Source of the DNA: Octopus bimaculoides
Taxonomy: Eukaryota
Assembly (NCBI RefSeq): GCF_001194135.2
Contig: NC_068988.1
Span: 96,129,024-96,193,023 of the forward strand
Direction: 5' to 3'
DNA length: 64,000 bases
Under the pieces are notes generated by a model. The model was not told the DNA's origin. It worked only from the letters and a program-made list of their open reading frames with translations, and made no database searches. The position numbers and the translations under genes were made by a program. The first letter of the stretch is position 1. Every line of letters begins with the position of its first letter. Below, in pieces: positions 61,801 to 64,000 of the stretch.

Positions 61801-64000
61801 TACCTCTGTACCAATGAATGGGTACATTTCTATCTATGTTACTATATAGTCATTCAACTTGCTAAAAATAGTAACCATTGGACAACGACATTATCGATAC
61901 ACTGTTAGTAAAACGTCTTTCATTATAGATGAATATAGGAAAGATTAACCAAGGGTTAAACAAAACACCCACATTTCCTCTATATTCTAACTAGAAATAG
62001 CAGTCAAACTTCTCTCATATTATACATTACTGATTTAAAAATGGAAGGACATATCGGATTATATAGTCCAAGACTATGTTGGAGAAAATAGACGGCTGAC
62101 ATGGAGCTAACAACTAAAACAAAACCCAACACGTGTCTTTAATTTGATATAAATCCATATTCTGATGAAGTTCCTTCTAACCACTGCTTCATATTGCTTT
62201 CAGAATTTCTGTAATCTTTTCTTTTACTAGTTTCAGTCATTAGACTGCGACCATGCTGGGGCACCGCTTCGACGGTTTTAATCTAACAAATCGATCCAAT
62301 TATTTATTATTTTTTAAAGTCTGGTACTTATTGTATCGGTCTCTTTTTGTCGAAACGCTAAGCCAAGGCAACGTAAACAAAGCAACGCTGGTTATCAAGC
62401 GATGTAGAAGGGACAACTACAAAGTCTCTCTCTCTCTCTCTCACACACACACACGTATACTCGACAGGCTTCCACACAGTTTCCACCTACTAAATTCACA
62501 CACAAGGCATTGGTTGGCCCCGGACTCTAGTAGAAAACACTTACCAAGGTGCCACACTGACAAACTGAAACCAAAACCACGAAGGTTGCAGAGCAAGCTT
62601 CTTAATCACACACCTGTGCCTAAGGTGTATAGGTTATGTATTCTACACAATTTCACTCTACAGAGCAGTGAGGGCCTGGAATTGTGTCTGGTGGAAGACA
62701 GATATCTCTTGTCTGTGAAAGTTCCTCCTTTTGTTGTTGTTGTTTAGTTCCAGATCAACCTTGATTGAGCACAATCTATGATCAAAAGTATTATGTCCAT
62801 CCCAGCTTTTTTAGGGATATCTAACATTATTTAAGGTGTCCTTCTCTTTAAGACACATCAAAGAAGAGAAACCTGGCTTTCTTAAAAGATACTTGCCCAA
62901 GGTGCCACACAGTTGGACTGAACTTAAAACCAAGCGGTTGGGAAGCAAACTTCTTACCACACATAGAAATAGAGTAAGAAATAAGATTAGCCTTGGTTTA
63001 AATGTTGAAAACATATTTACATTTTACATGCTGGGACCACTTTAAAAGTATCTGTGCTGGTGCCATGTAAAGAGTACCCAGCACACACTGTAAAACGGTT
63101 GGCATTAGGAAGGACATCCAGCTGCAGAAACCATGGCAAAAGAGACAATTGGAGCCTGGCTAATTCTCTAGCTGACCAGCTCCAGTCAAACTGTTCGACC
63201 CCTGCCAGCATGGAAAATGGAAATTAGATAATGATGATGATAGAAAAGAAAGAAAGGCTGAAAATGTAAGAATAGGTTGTCATTTTAAGTCTCTCTCTCT
63301 CAGAAGCACTTTGTATTTGCAAAGTTTGTTTTGTTCAAAAGCAAAACAAAAGTATTCAAAATATTTACCTAAACTCTTCATTGTTTTTCGGATCAAAGTC
63401 TTGATTGGCTCCGACATTGGTGGGGTTGATATGGCCTTGCTGAAACAGGTCTACCATGATATCACTGACGCTGCTGAGTATAGACATGTCTTTTAGCCTG
63501 TCAAAATAACACAACACTAGTCAGAGGTCTTGGGTTTATAATGTTGCACAGACACGATTAGAAGTGAGATATAAATAAACAGATAATATGTCTCCATTAA
63601 TTCAAAGCTTAATGAATCATACCTGGTTTCTTTTGTCTACATATTGTCAGGATAACCATTTGCTTTTCAATCTTCTTCTTTTCTCTCATTGTGTATCATT
63701 AATTCTATTGTATTGGATAAAATAGGCAACAGTCTAGTGTTGGCAATCCCCAAAAGGAGTGACTTTCTGCCATTATTAGAAATCAGGGCAGTATACACAA
63801 AATACCTTGTGGTATTTTGTTACTTTCTAAGCTTAAATTATGCTGGAGCTGATTTCTTTACCTTTAATCTTTCTCTAATTACATTTATAAAATAGTTACA
63901 AGTCAAGATTTAATTAGTTGTTGCCTTTCTCCAAGACTGAGACCTTCAGCTTTATGTTAAAAATCATTATTACTATTCATCATCATCCAGTGTTTTAAAT

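Overview
AT-rich, repeat-dense eukaryotic scaffold with 5 N gaps. The interspersed repeat families suggest an octopod cephalopod (inference). Three spliced protein-coding genes were reconstructed by hand from GT-AG sites and frame continuity. (1) MED26 on the - strand: 3 coding exons (16801-16863, 6232-6306, 3727-5454), 621 aa. (2) WDR36/UTP21 on the + strand: 20 coding exons, 31830-49749, 894 aa. (3) An unidentified, low-complexity gene on the - strand with a probable N-terminal coiled coil: 5 exons, 57231-50863, about 414 aa if it starts at the Met at 57221; it is convergent with WDR36. The rest is SINEs, an RTE-LINE 3' end, a degraded LINE reverse transcriptase, four mariner/Tc1 relics, piggyBac-type MITEs, foldback elements and microsatellites. 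The most unusual signal is a small non-autonomous repeat carrying a minimal type I hammerhead ribozyme fold, of the kind known from Penelope-like elements, next to a tRNA-like Pol III head. Other leads: a pri-miRNA-sized hairpin downstream of MED26, a candidate internal MED26 promoter and poison exon, and tandem CRE sites at the MED26 promoter. No searches or folding programs were run. Exon coordinates were counted exactly; repeat boundaries are approximate.
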